Source: Lama glama
Taxonomy: Eukaryota
Direction of reading: 5' to 3'
Length of the DNA: 64,000 nucleotides
Assembly (NCBI GenBank): GCA_028534125.1
Contig: CM052818.1
Span: forward strand, 45,944,001 to 46,008,000
Position numbers and translations under genes: made by a program. The notes beneath the pieces were generated by a model. It did not search any database. It saw nothing but the letters and a program-made list of their open reading frames with translations, and was not told the origin of the DNA. Shown here one piece after another: positions 13,263 through 26,440 of this stretch; within the stretch, counting starts at the first letter, position 1; each line of letters starts with the position of its first letter.

Positions 13263-14319
13263 CCCACCTCCCCCAGTGCCCACAGGAGCAGGCAGCTCTC
13301 TCCGGAAGCCAGCATTCAGATTCTGTGACTTCATCTGTGATATTAGCCTGGGTTCCAGAGGAGCCCGCTTAGGTTTGCTCTCATGATCTCACCTTTTCTC
13401 TCCTAACCCAAAGCCAGAACTACGTGGCATGAACTGACTGTCCTCTGCATGATCTCGGATAAGTCCCTTGACCCCTCCGGACTCGGCTTCCTGGTCTGTG
13501 AAGAGGAAGCGCCCTGGATACCTGCTGGGGGCCCCGCATGTTGAGACCTTGTGCTCCTTCTGTGCTGGTGTGTCCCCCTGAGACCAAAACCTATGTGAAA
13601 AACAAAACTGAAACTCCCTGCTCTGTTTCTGAAGTAGTACTGGAGGCCTGATGGTCAGGAAGAACAAGTGTCCAGAGTGACCAGGGGTCAAGCAGGCCCT
13701 TGAGACCCATGAAGCCGGCATTCTAGAAACTTCTAAAAGAGCCAGATTCACAAATGCCAGCAGGGCACATGATTTCTCCTAACAACAAATGCCAAACACG
13801 AGAATGGAAGGCGCTCCCAGGACACCTTGGCCCTGCTGCGCCGGAGTCACCTGGGAGACCCCCAGCCACCCGCTGGTGCTCCGGGAAAACAGCACATCCC
13901 CATGTGTGGTGGCTCCAAGGAGTTTCACGTGCACTGGACTCTGAAAGCAGGAAGCCTCCCTGCAGACTTTGGGCCCCCGAGAGTGAACATCCTGGTTGCT
14001 TGCAGCCAGGAAGCCTTTTCCAATATTTCTTGTAGTATTTCTGCATCTTTGAACTGTTTCCCCTAAAACACTGCAGATGATCAGAGTGTTTGGTGGGGTC
14101 TCTCACCATTGCCATGTGAACCGGGTGACCCCAGAGAGTGAGTTCCTTTTCCCTGCGGGGAAGATGGAAGGGAGATGCTTTGAGATGAAAAACCACACGT
14201 GCGCTCTGGCTCTCTCACAGTTTAATTCTGTTTAGTTTGAGGAATATTCATTGCTGCCTCTGCACTGCGCTGTGCAGAGTACCAGCGGGAACCACACCAG
14301 GGAACCTCAAAGTGGAGAG

Positions 14320-14525
14320 GCAGCTAGGACTGGCGTGTTAGATGCTTTTTCACGTTGATTGTTTCATTCCATCACCACACAACCTTCAGAGGCTGGTTGT
14401 GATCTTTTCAGAATGAGAAAACTAAAAGTCGGACAAGAGAAAACGACTTGCCCCAAATAATACCATTCATAAAATGCTTAATCCAGAATTTAAACCCATT
14501 TCTATGTGTCTCTGAAGCCTGAGAA
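14320..14525 (-). mobile_element. MIR SINE
   Basis: cacaaccttcagag...cagaatgagaaaactaaa...gacttgcccca...tttaaaccca. Confidence 0.55.
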
Positions 14526-15701
14526 TGAGTGAAAAGGAGAGGATAATTTTCTATAGGTATAGGGAAAAAATACTTGAAGGAAACGCTGGGATGTTCGCGG
14601 TGCTTCTTCCTGGGCAGTGGAATCACAGTAGTTTTTGTGTGTATCCTTGTGCTTCTCCATCTTCCAATTTTCCTCTTTCCTTGGACCTCAGATGCAGGGG
14701 ACGGCACCAGATGTCCTCCGCAGCCCCTCTCTGGCTTTATTTAAATAACGAGTTAATTCCCTTTGTCCCCGTTCCCTACTCCCACTCCTCCCTCCCCTGC
14801 CGATGACGACTCCTCTAACATGTTAGGCGCGTATTGCTTTGTTTATACTCCTGTAAAAGATGTGGTTTTGTGTATGATGCATTTAATTCATCTAAGAGAA
14901 AAAAATCTTACTTTGTTTATCACTTTTAAAAGTACTCAGTACTAAAGAGAAAATGTTTATGATAAAAATGTTCATGCTTTTAAAAGTCGGCAGAATGATG
15001 TAGCAACTGATACATTCATCACCCAGCTGCAGTGGTGCCAGTTCGTGACCAGTCTTGTTTATCTGTACCTCCTCCCACTTCTTAACTCTCTGGATTATTT
15101 TGAACCAAGTCTCAGATGTATTATTTCATCTGCAAACATTTCAGTCTATATACTTAAAAGATAAAGGCTCTTTAGAAAAAACAAACCTAATGCTGCTATC
15201 ACACATAAACAAACTTAAAAATAATCCCCTAACATTATTAAAAGAAACCTAGTCGGTGTTCATAGTTCTTTGATTGTCTTAAAATTTTTTTGGTTAAAAT
15301 GTGTTTGTTTGAAATGAGATTCAAATGAGGGCCACACTCTAAGTGTTTACTGTGCTTCCTCAGCCTCTTCTAATCTGTCAGTGTCTCCTTGGTTTTAATT
15401 TCCTTGCAATTTTTTGTTGAAGAAACTCGATCTTGTCAAATCTCCCACTCTGGATTTTGCTGATTACACCCTGCTGGTGTTGGTTAACCTGTTCTTCTGT
15501 CCCTGGCATTTCCTGTAATTCACTAGTTAGATCTGACAGACTTGGATAGTTTTGCTGTGTTTTGTTGTTTGTTTTGGCAGGACAACTTTGGAGGTGGTGC
15601 CATCAGGAGGTGCATTGGTCTGGTCCTCTCTCTTTTGTGATGTCAGCCGTTGGTGATCATTGCCCAGATCTGTAATTCATGAAGGGTTGCAAAATGGTAC
15701 T

Positions 15702-16088
15702 TGTATTAGTCTCCTGGGCTGCCATAAAAGATTGACACAGACTCGGGGCATTAAACAACAGAAATTTATTTTCTCACAGTTCTGGAGTCTGGAAGTCCAA
15801 GATCAGGGTGCCCGCAGGGTTGGTTCCTGGTGAAACCTCTCTCTGGTTCTCACCTGGCCACCTTCTTGCTGTGCCCTCATGTGGCCTTTCCTCTGTGAGC
15901 ATGATGAGGAGAGATCCCTGGTGTCCCTTCCTCTTCTTATAAAGACGTCAGTCCATTGGATTAGGGCCCCACCCTTATGACTTCATTTAATCTTAATTAC
16001 CTCCTTAAAGGCTGTCTCCAAATGCTGTCACGCTGGAAGTTAGGGCTTCAACATGTGAATTTCAGGAGGGCAAAATTCAGTCCATACT
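15702..16088 (-). mobile_element. MaLR LTR (MLT1A/B-like)
   Basis: tgtattagt...aaacaacagaaatttattttctcacagttctggag...aaaattcagtccata. Confidence 0.85.
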
Positions 16089-16142
16089 AGTGATATTTTA
16101 ATTTTCATCATTCTTTCTTTGTGTATTAGTGTATTAGTTGGA

Positions 16143-16144
<2 letters not shown>

Positions 16145-16186
<42 letters not shown>
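16145..16186. repeat. (AC)21 microsatellite
   Basis: Perfect dinucleotide run seen directly. Confidence 0.95.
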
Positions 16187-16188
<2 letters not shown>

Positions 16189-18281
16189 TCCGTTCATCAC
16201 CTGTTTGGTTTAACTCTGAGGTACAATTCATTTCAGAAAGGCATGATAATTACTTGATTCTTTCCCTGTATTTATCTGCTTTGAAAATAATGAAGCAGTT
16301 TCCTAGTATTCTCTCAAAGTAATCAATACTTGTTGTCTGTTTGCTTGTTTTTTGGTATCATTAGAAACTCTTGAATATAAACATGGTCGATTGTCTTCAT
16401 TTGTGGTTATCATGTCAGTGCACCAAATGTCCCATCTTTGGCCGGTGGGATCATCTTCACGTTGGATGCTGAGTTCCTTTAACATGAATCTGGTGTCTTC
16501 GATTGGTTCCTTGAGAATCTGATCTGACCTAGTTAGACCTGGAATCAATCATGACGTTTCCAGGGGACTCTGCGATGAGCTAAGCCACAAAGAGCACCCC
16601 TGTGTGTGTCCAGGGTGGAATTACTGGGTCATGTAGGGGATTAACCTAATTTAAGAATCAGGTTAAGGTACCAGATTAAGAATTTCCCACTCAGTCCAGA
16701 GGATGGCTGCTCACACGCCCACTGCACACTTTGAGCCACCTCTGCTCACTTCCTGCCCCTCCCTGGCTCTGGGTTCATTTAGCCCTTTGCTGCGGGAAAC
16801 CAACCTTCTGTTGTTCTGGTTTCCTGTTCTCTGATTACTGATAAGTTTAACCAAATATGTTTGCTTGCCTTTGGAATGTCTCTTTTGTAAAAATATCAGT
16901 GTATCTTTGAAATAGATTATGTGATATTACTTAAAGAACTGTTTTATTTTTTTCCTTACAGTGGGTCAAATTTCCCAATACTATTTACCTTAAAAAAAAT
17001 CTGTCTTTTCCCTACCGATTAGTGATGCCAAATTATCTAATATTAAGTTGCCAAATATACCAGGATCTGTCTGAGTGGTCTGTTATATTGTATTGGTCCA
17101 CTGGTCAGTGTTAGGGTCATTTTTATTAAAATGGCTTTGTTGTAGTCTTACCTTCTGGTAGGGTAAATCCTCCCTCTTTGTTTTCCTTTTTTCAAAGTTG
17201 ACTTACCTAGTCAAGGATCTTTTTTACTTCTTTGTAAATTTTAGGATACATTTATAAGCTCCTGTAAAAAAAAAAATCTCATCTTTTTAACCTGGAAAAA
17301 TTTCTCAGCCTTTCTTTGTCTTTCACGGCACTGACATATTTTAAGAATACAAACCCATTGCTTTGAGACCATCCTTCAGTTTGCATCTGTTGGATTGTTT
17401 CCTCAAGATTTGATTTGGATGTTGCAGTTTTGGCAGGAACGGGGCAGGTGTTCTCAGCGCGTTACACCAGGAGGCACCTGATGTCAGTGTTCATCACTGT
17501 TGGTGTTTACCTTGATCGCTTGGTGAAGGCGGTGCCCTCCGGATTTCTCCACTGTACTTCTCCCCTGTCAAGAGATCTTTCTTTTCTCTTTTTACAAAGA
17601 TTATTAAATTTACGAAAAGATTACTAAATAATCTCTGGGGAGGTATTTTGAGACTGTCAGTATCTGGTTGCCCAACAGTGTTTCACTCTGTGGTCTGAGC
17701 GTTCTTGTTTGAATCAGCTATTCAGTGATGGTTGCAAAAGGTTTGTTTTCTAACAAATGCTTGTTTTCTAAAGAAAAGCTTTTTCAATTAAAAAAGATTT
17801 TTAAAAAGAAGAGCTTTCCCATCTCCCTCAATTTATTTGTATATTTGTTTCATTTTTAGAATCAGTGTAAACTGCGTTCCTTCTGATTCAATATGTTATA
17901 ATCCATTACCGTCATCATTTTTTTTGGTGCTCAAATTGTCCTAGATTTGGCCAGGGACACCCTCTTCCAGTGGACTTGCTCAACGTCCTTTTGCTATGTC
18001 CCCACCGTTCCTGTAGCATGTCCTTCCTTACTTCCAGCCATAGCAAAAAGATCCAGGCTCATCTTGTGCTTTTCCCGTCCCCACCCTAGAATCACCCATT
18101 TACCCAAGGAGTCCTGTCCCTTTTAGTGGAGAACAGCGTTTAGAAACCAAGACCTGGGCATTGATTGTGCTCATTGCTGCTGAGGTGACTTAGAGGCTGA
18201 GTTTGGAAATTGATTTTTTTAAAGCATGAGTTCATGCTGATACCCCTCATCCCAATTCAGCACTACAAGGGTTTTCATTCC

Positions 18282-18714
18282 TGTCATGGGTTGAACTGTG
18301 TGCCCCCCAAAGATGTGGAAGTCCTAACCCCTCAGTGCCTGTGAATGTGACATTATTTGGAAAGAGGGTCTTCGCAGATGATCAAATTATGAAGTCATTA
18401 AGGTGGGCGCTAATCCAGTATGGCTGGCACGCTTGTAAAAGGGGGAAATTTAGACACAGGCACACACAGGGAGGATGTGAAGATGAAGACAGAAGTGAGG
18501 GTAATGCTTCTACAAGCCAGGAGATGCCAAAATTGCTAGCAAACCACCAGAAGCTAGGGGAGAAGCCGCCTCCCTCACAGCCTCAGAGGCCACCAACCCT
18601 GCCGACTCCTCGGTCTTGGAATCCCAGCCTCCACAACTGTGAGACAGTACGTTTCTGTTGTCCAAGTCACCGGCTTGTGGTGTTTTGTTACAGTAGCCTC
18701 GGGAAACAGACACA
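18282..18714 (+). mobile_element. MaLR LTR (MLT1C/D-like)
   Basis: tgtcatgggttgaactgtgtgcccccc...tgaatgtgacattatttggaaagagggtc...ttgttacagtagcc. Confidence 0.85.
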
Positions 18715-18846
18715 CTCCCCTTTCTCCCTTCCTTATTTAGGTCTCCTTTCTCCCATGTGAAAACTCTGTCTCCTAATAATATCAGTGTATTTACTCATTT
18801 CTCAGTCTTATGATGCACAAAAATTGTTGCAGAATTGTTACATTCA

Positions 18847-18982
18847 GGGCGGGAGGGTGTAGCTCAAGTGGTAGAACGCATGCTTAGCATGCACAAGGTC
18901 CTGGGTTCAAGCCCCAGTACCCTCTCTAAAAATAAAGAAATAAATAAATCTAATTACCTCCCCCTCCCCCCCCAAAACTAAA
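18847..18982 (+). mobile_element. tRNA-Ala-derived camelid SINE (vic-1-like)
   Basis: gggagggtgtagctcaagtggtagaacgcatgcttagcatgcacaaggtcctgggttcaagcccc plus A-rich tail. Perfect 17-bp TSD cagaattgttacattca at 18830-18846 and 18983-18999. Confidence 0.92.
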
Positions 18983-20043
18983 CAGAATTGTTACATTCAT
19001 ATCTCTACCGACCACAAAATTATTAAGTAAGGTTAAGGATTTTTTGAAATTCTTTCTGTGTTTCTTTGAACAGTATAAAGTCAAAGAACTGCATTAAAAA
19101 TTATCTTGATTATTCCCCCCCCTTTTTTTCTTGTGTGATTATGTTATCCATCTGATATATAGTTCAGTTCATTTGTTTTGGCTTTATTCAGTTTTAGGGG
19201 TGGTGACCTCCCCATTCATACTGATTGAATTTTATCTTCTGGATATGCAACACATTAACAAAGTTCCAACAGTTTGTCAAAACTGCAAAAAGGTATATTG
19301 AGAGAAATATCATTCTCTTTCCTTTCCCTTTCACTCCAGTCCTACCCACCCCTGTGGGTAATCAGTTTCGTTAGTTTCCAGTGTACCCTTCTTGTGTATC
19401 TTTTTTTGTAGAAGTACACAGATTTGTGTGTATTTTCTTATTTCTCTTTTTACACAAAAGATAACATACCACATATACAGCCTATTTTTTCCAGCTTAAC
19501 AGTAGATTCTGGAGCTCATTCCATAACAACTTTTAGAGTTCTTTCTCATTCTTTTTTTTACAGCTGCCTAATACTCCATTTTGTGGATGTACATCATTTA
19601 ATTCATGCAATCTCTGATTCTGGGCATTGAGGCAGTTTCTTCTATTTTGCTGTTACATAGAGTAACATGTAACATACTCTGTTACATAGAATAACATTGC
19701 AAACATCATTTGCAATGACTGGCCATGTGCATATGTATTTTCATAATGTTGCAACTATATTTCCAGGATAAATTCCCAGAAATGGGATTTCTGGGGCAAG
19801 GGTTAAATACATGCCTAGTTTTGTTCGGTATTGTCAAATCACCCCCATGGGACTTTACCATTCTGATTTCCACCAGCAGCATCTGAGAACACCAATTTCT
19901 CCACAGACTCTCCATATGGTGTGTTGTCAAGCTTTTGAATTTTTGCCAATCTGATGAATGAAAGCGGTATTTCAGTGTAGCTACAGTTAGTATTTTTCTT
20001 GTTATGAGTGAAGTTAAACATTTTTTCATATGTCTAAGGGCAT

Positions 20044-20099
20044 CCTCAAAGCAGAGGGAGAACCTGGAGGTTTGAAAGTATGACTGAAGACAGTTCCCA
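20044..20099 (-). repeat. Inverted copy of 21587-21642 inserted in an old L1
   Basis: The reverse complement matches 21587-21642 at 52 of 56 positions by manual alignment. Confidence 0.9.
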
Positions 20100-23094
20100 G
20101 AATTCTCATATTTATTTCACTTTTTGTGTGAATTGTATATTCATGGTTTTTGCCCACTTTTCTATTGGAATTTTGGTCTTTTCCGCTCAAGTTTTAAAGA
20201 GGTCTTTAAATATTAATCCTATTAGTCTTTCATCTTTGATATATAAGTGACAAATACTTTCCTTCAGTATGTCATTTTGATTTTGCTTATACTATCATGT
20301 TTTTTTGTCATGTAAACGTTTCTTCTCTTTTTTTTAAAAAAAGGTTTTATGTAGCTGAATTTATCCATTTTTGAAATGGCACCACGATTATATTTGAATT
20401 GTTAATGGCAAAGCATTAATAGCCTCCCTGTTAAATCCTTAACAATCAGGACACTTGTCTCACTAGATTCTGCCAAATGCCAGTCATCCTGGGCTGAGCT
20501 GATCTGCTCCTCTTTCTGAAACTATTATGCAAATAATTAACAATAAGAATTCCTCTCATAAAGGCAAAAATATATATACATATATATGATATATATATTT
20601 ATCTCATCAGGCTTAGAGCTGGGCTGGCTCTGATGCAGACTTGTCAAGTGATTCCATCTTGCTGGGCCACGAATTGCCCCTTGCTGTGGGTTCAAACTGT
20701 AACCACCTTCCAGCTACAGGAAGGGGCTCAAGGCAGAGCTGGACACTAATGCTGGGCCATCTGGTCAATGTACTGTCACTGTGAATTAAGCAGGAGATGG
20801 TCTTGGGAACCAGAGAAGAGTCCTACGGTTAAAGGGAGCTGGTTTGACTGGTTATGCCAGGGGCCCCATTTCTCTGATATGATTTAGGGCACTTCAGAAG
20901 GTTTCTACCTTCCACACTTGGTCATCTCCAAATACAGGCCTGCTGTCTGCCTGGAATTTCACTCCTGGTCCCTGCTTTGGACTAAGACATTGAAACGGAA
21001 GGGTTGCGCACATACACACACCTACTAGTCCAGTGGCACAGGCTGGTCGTGAGCTCGTCAGAGCTTGGAAAGCAGGGGGTGTAGGGAGGCCACGCTCTGA
21101 TAGGAAGACAGAGTCTGGGACCACATGTGTTGGAGGGCGTTGATTTGGGAGGATGTGTCCTCGGGTGACCATCTAGAGAAGGATGTGGAGCCAGAGAGTG
21201 AAATCGTGGGGCAGAAGTGTCAGGGCAGCGGGCAATATCCCTGGGAACTGTCCCTCTCTGCCCTCTCTGCCCCACTTCCTGTCCCAGTGCCCTAGTTCAG
21301 GACATGAATTCTTCACTAGTCACCCCACCTCCTGCCTCCTCTGTCCTCCGCTCACGTGCAGCCAGTGATCTGGAGTCTTCTGAATCCTAAACCACTTACC
21401 CTGGTATTCAAGGCCCATTTCTCCAGGGTCCTGTCCCTCCAACTTTGCACACAGACCCTACAAATATTCTCTAAAAAAAATATTGGAATGTGCAAAGTGA
21501 CAAGGACAGGGTATTCATGACAACTGGGGAACTGTGATATAAAACTAGAAATTTTCTCACCAATCTGGGTTCTGCTGCAGCCAAATTGGGAACTGTCTTC
21601 AAACACACTTTCAAACCTCTAGGTTCTCCCTCTGCTTTGAGGGCCTTCCCCCATCCCTGGACTCACTGAGCCCCTGCATTCTGAAAAGACCCCAGGATTC
21701 CCCTCTGGCAGAAGCCATCTGTGGTCCCCTGGCCCCAGCTGGTAGCAGGAGCCCCAGTTGCCTTGCTGAATTCAAGTGGTCTGAGCGCTTGGCCCCAAGG
21801 AAGGGGTATGGCGCCACCTCGTGGCCCCATGCTTTTACTGCATCATATGCTGACCCTTGACACGCAAACCACTGCCCATCCCGAGCTTGAGGGCCCAGGA
21901 CCTTGGATTGGGAAGACCCCACTCTCCTAGCCTACCTGTCCTGACACCCTGAGGGTCTGCGTGGGCTCTACAGGAGAGGAACCAGTGAGCTGGGATTGTT
22001 TCCTGAACTGTCCAGGAGGAAAATGGCTCCACTCCCTACTTCGTCTTTCTACAGAGAGCCTTCTAAGTCCATGGGGGGTTGGAGAGAGCACAGGGCAGAG
22101 GGGAGAACCTCGGCGGCTAGGAGACCTGCCCAGTCCACGTGCTGGGTGGGCTCAGTGTGTGTGTGTGTGTGTGCACTTGGGAGTGAGCCCCAGCACTGCC
22201 CAGTATCACCTGGCATCCACGGCCCCGCACTGCAATCCGCCCCCTTGCCTCTCGAGGTGGTGAAGCCAGGACGCCTGTTGCCAACGTGAGCACCTGCCTG
22301 GGGCCCCTCACCTACCCGAGCCAGCCCTGGGACCCCGTCGGGTGAGGGAGTACCGACTACTACTTCTGAGTATCTTAGTGCAAGACGCTCTTGAAATCCT
22401 CTCTACGGGATTGCCAGGCAGGAATCGCTTGTTTCATTCCCCAGAGAGGTTAAGTGACTTGCCCAATGTCTGCCAGCCAGGAGGTGGTGGAGCAGGATAG
22501 CCTGCTATACCCTGTGGCCTCTTGGCGATTTCGGCCCCTTGGTCCTGGCCTTGGGGAGGATCTTGGGATGCAGAGCAGAGGGTCCTTGTGGAACCAGTGC
22601 TGTGTGTCAGCAGAGAAACTGGAGGGGCTACAGTGCCCACAACGCCTCCCAGCCGCCTTGTCCGGGTGCTTGAAACCTCCCCAGTTGAGTGTCTTTCCTC
22701 TGTGTGGAGTTACCACGCCAGCATCCTTGGAGGGCCAGCCCACCACGCCGCCAGCACTGCTGCGGACAAAACCTGGCATAGATGTCAAGCTGGTCTGGTG
22801 TGGAGACAGCATTCCTGGGCCAGGATCTCCCTTGAGTCTTCATCACTAGTGTGACTCCATTGTTCCTGGGGAGGAAACTGAGGCCCAGAGGGGCTCCTAG
22901 AGTTGCCTGAGGTCACCCCACCAACAAAGAGCTGACGTTTAACTCTTTAACGTGGGACAATGATAGGGACACTTGTGTCTGAAGTTGAGCTGCCCCTGGT
23001 GCACCAGCCCCGAGGCTGGTTTTTCTGGGGGCAAATTCTAGCAAGAGGCCAGCTCTAGGATGGTAGCCACTCTTTATGGCAAGAGAAATAGGAC

Positions 23095-23310
23095 AGTAAT
23101 AACAATCACTGCCACTTTCAGGGGCCCTCTCTGTGGTGACACAAGCACTGAGCATATGTAAATTACCTTTGATCTTCAGAACAGCCCTGCAGGCAGGCAT
23201 TCTCATTTCCCCGTTGAGGGTGTAATGGAGGCAGAGAAGTTATTGATCTGCCCGAGACCACCCAGCAGTGGGGAGGATCTGGTCCTGACTCCAAAGCTCT
23301 TCAGTTGCAC
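23095..23310 (-). mobile_element. MIR SINE
   Basis: gatcttcagaacagccctgcaggcaggcattctcatttcc...tgactccaaagctct. Confidence 0.55.
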
Positions 23311-25475
23311 CCACTGACTTTCTAGTAGTCAGACATGAGTAGAAGCGTTCTTTGAAAACCTGATTATTAGTGTGCCAGACGCTAGGCTGAGCCGAGGGAA
23401 GCGCTTTGGTCCACACCAGGTGAGCGTGCGGTGGTGCAGGGAGCAGCACGGAGGTGGGGCCTCCTGCCTCTTGACACGGTGCTCCTACCTCTTCCTCGGG
23501 CGTGACACTCAGCAGGCCCGGCCTTACCCTGAAACACCAAAGGAGGCTGAGCCAGCCCTCGTGAATAAGACGGGGAGGAAGGAAGGGATTTTGGAGGAGG
23601 GAGAGGAACAGATGGAGTCTCGGGGGCAGAGGGACAAGGAGGGGGTGCGGGCAGTGGACTTCCAGGCTGGAGGCTGGGGGTGGGAGGCGTGCATCTGGGT
23701 AAGGTGATGACTGTGCATCTGGGACCCGGGCATCCAGCGGAGCAGGACAGTGTCCACTTCAGGGAGGGAAGTCGAGGGAGGGGCCCAGGGCCGCCCAGCT
23801 GCTCTGTGGACGTTGACCTGCTTCCACTCTCCTTCATCCTCTTCCTCTCCCTGCCTGTCTCCAATCCTGGGCCTCTCAGGCTCAGTTTCTCCAGAGACTC
23901 AACCTGCGGCCCTCACCCTCGGGGGACAGGAGTGGGTGGAGGGGGGTACCCACCGGGGGTCCAGCTCTCTGAATAAAGACTTCCTATCGCTCCCGCCTTT
24001 TCAACTCCAGGCCCCCTGTGATTGCGTCGACTTTAAGTGCTTCAAGAGTCTGCAGTTCTGTGGGGCGAACTGGCCTCTTACCACTGCTGTCCTGCTCTGC
24101 AGACACTTAGGTGTCACTTCAGTGCTGCTAAATCGGTCACCTTGGCTCCATGTGCTTCCAGGTGGCCCACGAACTCTCACCGCTGTTGTGCCCTCTGTGT
24201 TTGAGCCCTGTCTTTCTACCGGGCCTGGGGAACCACAGGTGATAAACACACGGGCCAGCCTGTTGTGGCACTGGGAGCCAGGCTTTAACTGTTCACCCAT
24301 CAGCACCCCTGGGACCAATGCCAGCCCCGGCCAGGGCAGAGGCAGGACTGGCGTGAGGGTTTGGAGCCAAGGTTCTGACTCAAGCAGAGACCGGGCTTGA
24401 GTAAGAAGTCAGGGTGGAGGGCGGAGGCTCCAGGTCACTGCCAGGCCCGCTGAGAGGTGGTGCACAGGCCGGCCAGGGCAGAGCACACGGAAGCCGGGGC
24501 TTTGACAATGGCACGATGATCGGGCAGGGCTGGCCTCAGAGGCAAGTCCTCAGGCCGCAGGGTCAGGGGTCATCCTAGGTGAGTGGGCCCTGAGGAAGCT
24601 GGAGGTAGAAGGTAAGCCACAGAGCTCCAAGCACCCTGGAGCTGAAGGCGGGGGGTCAGAGAAGACCAGAGAGAGGTGGAGGTGCGGGGGGCAGTGGGTG
24701 TGGCAGGCAGTGGCGTCTCCTGTGGTCCAGGCTGTGGGTGAGCCCTGCTTTGGAGCAGAAGCTGTTTGTCAACAACCCTCATGATGGTTCCTGGTTAAAG
24801 CAGACCAACAGCACCAAGGCCTAAAGGGGAGGCCAGGCAAGGGCCCTCGGCTGGGGAAGAGAGGCCAGTAGTCCCAGAGTCACAGAACAGGAAGAAAACG
24901 AGACAGTCTCCACAGGCTAGAGAGAGCGCCATTCTGGGGGAAGCTGCCTGGTGGCAAGTGGGTAAAAGCATGACTGACGTGCCTGGGGGAGCCGAGACCA
25001 GGGGTTCTGCCCTCGAGGGAGCCTCTTGGAGGAGAGCGACGTATTCAGAGCGCTGTTCATCCCCACCCCTGAGTGCGCCCGGCAGTGAGAGGCAGCCGGT
25101 GCTGTGAAGGGGCGTTCGGCCAACGGCCAGCGCAGGCGGGGCAGGGAGGGACAGTGCCCAGCTGGGACCGGACAGGCACGCTCCCCTCCAGAAAGTCGCT
25201 GCAGGGCCCAGCCCTCTGAACCTTAAAGGGTTTACCTACCAGGAGTCTGGATGTCAGCCTTTCAAGCTCAGCACTGGCTTTATCAACTCACCAAGTTGGA
25301 TCCTTCTCTGGGGGAAGCGCTCACACGGACCAAGCCCACGTGACTGACGTGTAAAATGTCAATTTGTCGGTGTGTGTAGTAAGAAATGAATGTCATACGG
25401 GCCAACTTTCTGCATAGGCATGGTTAGTGCAGTTTTCTTTCTAGAAGCAGAAGTTAGCTCGGTGAAAATGGAGTC

Positions 25476-25548
25476 GGGGGTGGGGGTATAGCTCAGTGGT
25501 AGAGCGTGTGCTTGGCTTGCATGAAGTCCCCAGTGCCTCTGTTAAGGG
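25476..25548 (+). mobile_element. Short camelid SINE copy lacking the B box and A-tail
   Basis: gggggtatagctcagtggtagagcg... head. TSD gaaaatgga(g/a)tc at 25464-25475 and 25549-25560. Confidence 0.8.
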
Positions 25549-25904
25549 GAAAATGGAATCAGAATGTGGAAATCGGACGGCTCAGACATTTGGTGGCAGC
25601 AGACCGTTTAAGCTGACACAGTCATCTCTTTGATGGGCATGGCTTTGCCAACCAGACAGTCTTGAGTTTCCTTGGACTGTATTTGGAGGGATGTTGCCAG
25701 CTTTGGCCTGTGTTTCTCCTTTGGTTTCCATGCTTGAGTAAGTTCTTAGCCTTTCTGATGAGCACTTTATTAAGCTGCATTTTAAAATTCACCCAAAATG
25801 AAAGATTCTTTTATTCTGTTGTATCAGGGTTTTTTGATTGCAAGAAATGAAACTTAGGTTAACTTAAGCAAACGTTAATTTGTTAGAAGGATATGTGAGA
25901 GGCT

Positions 25905-26090
25905 GTGTTAGGGTTCTCCAGAGAAACAGAGACCCTGAGGCTCAGAGAGAGAAAGACTTATTTCAAGCAATTATCTTACATGATTGGGGGTTGGCAAGGA
26001 CCAAGTTTGTCAGGCAGGCTGGAAGACTGGAAACTCGGGCAGAATCTCTATGTTGAAGTCTTGAGGAGAATTCCTTCTTTGATATATCTC
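25905..26090. mobile_element. MLT2-like ERVL LTR fragment
   Basis: tgtgttagggttctccagagaaacaga...ggctggaagactggaaactc. Confidence 0.65.
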
Positions 26091-26107
26091 TTTCTTCTTG
26101 CATTTTA

Positions 26108-26440
26108 AGTTCTGGAGGCCAGAAGTCTGAGATCAAGGTGTTACGAGGTTGGTTCCTTCTCAGAGCTGTGAGGAAAGATCTGTTCCAGGCCTTTGTCCTC
26201 GGCTTGGAGCTGCCATCTTCATGCTGACACGGTGTTCTCACTGTATACACACCTGTCTCCAAGTTTCCCCTTTTCATAAGGACGCCCGCCATACGGGTTA
26301 GGACTAGGGTCTCACCCTACTCCAGTATGACCTCATCTGAACTAATTACACCTGCCACGACCCCACTTCCAAATGAGGTTCTATTCTGAGTTACTGAGGA
26401 TGAGGACTTCCACACATGAATTTTGAGGGCACACAACTCA
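26108..26440 (-). mobile_element. MaLR LTR (MLT1-like)
   Basis: agttctggaggccagaagtctgagatcaaggtg...tatgacctcatc...ttccaaatgaggt...cacacaactcaa. Confidence 0.8.

Larger units (their letters stand above)
14700..20370 (-). mobile_element. Mosaic of old L1M (L1MC/ME-like) fragments hosting younger insertions
   Basis: T-rich antisense L1 3' region motifs throughout (ttttgctgattacaccc; ctcaaattgtcctagatttggccag; ttttgccaatctgatg...gaagttaaacattttttcatatg). Interrupted by MLT1 LTRs, a SINE and a microsatellite. Confidence 0.7.

Noticed and set aside
18847..18925. tRNA-Ala(AGC) gene
   Set aside because: The tRNA-like head is followed by an A-rich tail and bounded by TSDs, and sister copies exist in the window. 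It is a SINE.
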